A DNA stretch of 64,000 bases from Monocercomonoides exilis PA203 (taxonomy: Eukaryota; Protista; Preaxostyla): positions 372,001-436,000 of the forward strand of contig LSRY02000058.1 in the NCBI GenBank assembly GCA_001643675.2, read 5' to 3'. The position numbers and the translations under genes were made by a program. Shown here in pieces: positions 61,040-64,000 of this stretch. Each line of letters opens with the position of its first letter. The stretch's first letter is position 1. The notes under the pieces are model-generated. The model had not been told where the DNA came from and ran no database searches. It saw only the letters and a program-made list of their open reading frames with translations.

Positions 61040-64000
61040 CGAATCAACAAACGCAAGGAGCAGGTTTGCTCCTCAATAATGAGTATTAATTTTAAGTGTG
61101 GATGGTTTTGGATCAAACTTCGCTAACAATTTGACTTCTTTTACATTCCATTGTCCGCAGGAAGAATGACACAAGATACTGTTAGAGTACCATAAAGTGA
61201 CGGCGAAGACAGAAGAAATGATTTGATGCACAGGCTTTCAAGGGTGGAAGACATGATTGAAGAAATCACCAGAAGCCAAGCATGGCCAATGCAGTCCGGA
61301 GCTACGGGAATGTTGCCAATGAGAAAAGTGAAGAGGGAACGACTTAAAAGAAGAAGCAGATCGAGATCGAGCGAGTCTGAGTCGAATGCATATTTAATTG
61401 ATGTTATCGCGAGAGGGAAACAAGGAAAGAGTGAGAAAGGACGTCGCACATATAGACGATCGCGGCACTAACAGTAAAGGTATTAGGGAAAACGCACATC
61501 ATGGAAGAAGAGAATGAGCCACTGAGAGGACTTTTCTGTGCTTCTGCGCTTATTGCTGACTGTATCAGCAGAATAAATCTTCTGAAGGTTATTCTCCAGT
61601 CGAGCTGGGAGAGCGCGAAAGGCTTTCTTGATGGAGGAATGGCCAAGGTGGTCCCAGAGAATCAAAAAAAGTTGGTTGATAGCACCATCTTTTTTCAAGC
61701 AGAGGGAGATGCAACAGGACACGGTGCATCTCCCGACTCCTCAGTAGGGTTCGGACTTGCAAGGGTCAGAAGTTAGACTTCGAGAAGATACATTACAAGC
61801 AAGAATGCTCGGGGATTTGTATTCAGACAGTTCCAGAGAAGTGGATACGGAAGGAGCTTCACAGATTTCAAAGCATAGAAGATAATGCCTTAGTTCCAAA
61901 CGCAATGCGTTAACCATTGTTGGTAGTCCAGCCTCAATCGCAGTGCCATTGCACCCAGCCCCCCAAGGACCCAAGGGGGAACAGCTGTGGAATAGACTTT
62001 AGGAACGAGCAAATGGGCACAGCAGTTGCGTGGAAAAGGTGAGAGAGAGAAGAGAGAGAAGAGAGAGAGAAGAGAGAGCCGCGCTTAACCATACGACAGA
62101 GAAATAGAAGTGACGGTCAGGCTCCAGCGAAATGACTATACGACAAGAAACCGCAGCTCTTTGCGAGATGAGATCAGAGACGGAAGTGCAGAAACAGAAC
62201 GTGAATATCGGATATGTAATGAGTCTGTCAGATCAAGAGAAGGAAAGAGAACGGGAGAACACAGGGGATCTCATGACAGAGATATCAAGAGAAGATACAC
62301 AACACAAAAAGAACAGAAGAAGACTCATTACATCTCCTCTCGACAGAACAGAAGAGCAATCGGAGATTCGAGAAGGAGAAATGGAGGGGAGTCTCGAGAG
62401 CTTCTTCAACTATGATAGAGTCCCCAATTGGGAGCGCCCTGGAGGCGAGCTCGAAGACAGCTATTGCAGATATTCTCGAAGAAGAAGGGAATACACAGAC
62501 GCAACTTGGCCACAAGACACCAGATGTGAAGGGGAGTATAGCGAAGGGACCACTGAGGGAGCCACTTCCTGGGAGACTGGTGAACGGGCTGAGCTAGTGG
62601 TAGAAGATTGGGGGAGACAAACCAGTGAGCCGTGGTATTAGAGCTCGATGGAAAAGTCCCCAGTCCCCAACCTCGCTTGAGGAGAGAAAACACAGACAAG
62701 AGTTTCGAGGGACGACAGAAATGACGAACAATTATTTATCCCTCTTGGAGGAGGAATTGAGGGACGGAGTAATGAAGCCCGTGCCAGAGTCGGAGGTAAA
62801 GTGGTTCAACCCGACATTTATGGTGCGAAATAAGAACGGAAAGAGAAGAAAGATCCTGGATTGCAGGGCTCTAAACGAGGAAGTGCAGGGAAAACACTTC
62901 AAGATGGATTCACAGGAGATAGTGGTGGACATCCTGGAGAAGAACGATTGGATGACCACTCTGCATATATCGAGTGCATACCAGTACGTCAAAGTGGACG
63001 AACAACTCAGCCCCTATCTGTGCTTCAGCTTTCAGGATCAATGTTACTCTTTCGTAGGGATGCTTTTTAAAACGAAAGATGCGCCCAGAATATTTACAAA
63101 AATAATGAGACGGGCGACGTCATATATCAGAGAAAAGTGGAGAGTGAAGCTAGTGATATACTTGGACTACATTCTCCTCATGCATCCAGACAGGGAAGTT
63201 TTGAGATTGATCTCACAGGAGATAGCCCAGTTCCTGAGGAATCTGGGCTGGATTCTGTCGGAGGAAAAACTGAAGTTGGAACCCGCAAGGAGCGTGGAGT
63301 TTCTGGGATGGTTGTGGAACTCAGAAAAGATGGAAGTGGCGCTCCAAGAAAGGAAGAGAGTGCTGCTCCTGGAGGATGTGCGAACCTGGATAGCACATGC
63401 AAAGAAAACGAAGAGTCAGAGAACAAGAGACTTAGCAGCACTTCTCGGGAGGCTGAATTTTGTGAGGCTGCAGCACCCACCAGCGAGCCTGTTATTGAAG
63501 CGCATGTAATTCGTGCTGAGGCAGGTAATAGCCTGCGGGGGCTGGAACGGAACTGTAAAAGTCAACACTATGATGCTGGGAGAAATAACACATTGGAAAA
63601 AGATTCTGCCAGAGAACAGACCAAGGTGTCTGAAGAGAAGGATGAGACTAGTAGAACTTGCAACGGATACGTCAGAGCTGGGTTGGGGTGCAGTGTTAAC
63701 AGAACCGAGAGAGAACAAAGATGAGAAAATATATGTCCACGGAAGTTGGACCCTCCAGGAGAATGCGTTAGCGATAAACGAGAAGGAATACAGAGCAGTG
63801 TTGAGTACACAAGAGAGAAAGGGAGCATAGCTGCAACAACAGAAGATAGACCATATTCGTCTGAAGACAGACAATATGTCCACGAGATGGACAATACAGA
63901 AGAAGAGGTGAGCTCCATCGCTCATTCCAACACTGAGAGCATTAGAGAAGAAACTGAACAGCCTGGACATTACAACACAGACGGAACATCTCACGGGAGA
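61040..64000 (+). mobile_element. DIRS-type (tyrosine-recombinase class) retrotransposon, inactivated, truncated by the window edge
   Basis: Abrupt GC rise at ~61050; fragmented gag-like ORF from ~61166; RT 62625-63509 (FNPTFMV, RKILDCRALN, HFKMD, APRIFTK, IYLDYIL, VEFLGW); DIRS-type RNase H (ATDTSELGWGA, GSW, INEKEYRAV, TDNMS); in-frame stops at 63507, 63828 and ~63909. Confidence 0.88.
62625..63830 (+). pseudogene. Reverse transcriptase-RNase H (pol) of the DIRS-like element
   Basis: Catalytic motifs are altered: YLDD reads YLDY, the first catalytic Asp position reads H (TLHISSAY), PFG reads LFK, and a stop separates RT from RNase H. Confidence 0.85.

Noticed and set aside
62040-62078. CRISPR-like or telomeric repeat
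   Set aside because: Simple GA-rich slippage repeat with no spacers; no CRISPR, rRNA or tRNA was recognised anywhere in the window.
61166-63910. TAA/TAG read as Gln (as in some oxymonads) to rescue the DIRS ORFs
   Set aside because: Gln codons across the RT are CAA/CAG, host genes end in TAA/TAG, and frameshifts and catalytic mutations also occur; ordinary decay explains the stops.

Overview
Eukaryotic, AT-rich, intron-containing genomic DNA that uses the standard code (TAA and TAG act as true stops). Short GT-AG introns, very long poly-Ser/poly-Glu coding tracts, giant beta-helix/TM/pseudokinase surface proteins and a recurrent helical paralog family are most consistent with an oxymonad such as Monocercomonoides (inference). 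Layout: (i) 1-6.3 kb, a >2000-aa minus-strand ORF that runs off the left edge and is missing from the ORF track; (ii) 7-10 kb, a MITE-like element and a decayed PIF/Harbinger-superfamily (ISL2EU-like) DDE transposase; (iii) 10.4-18.5 kb, an intronless ~2680-aa receptor-like pseudokinase; (iv) 19.5-50.2 kb, a compact housekeeping block containing a TOM1/GPR137-like membrane protein, a PDK1-like kinase, a giant low-complexity protein, an Arf-family GTPase, a CXC-domain protein, AK6/Fap7, a CaMK, a second beta-helix membrane protein and STE24; (v) 50.7-64 kb, an accessory region with three paralogs of one helical family, decayed remnants and an inactivated DIRS-type retrotransposon. The most notable observation is an Arf GTPase with a 9-aa insertion that creates a ferredoxin-like Cx5Cx2Cx2C motif. 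Next are a compositionally mosaic (cassette-like) receptor ectodomain and an orphan exon that can splice in frame onto the CaMK. Exon boundaries were read by eye and need RNA confirmation.
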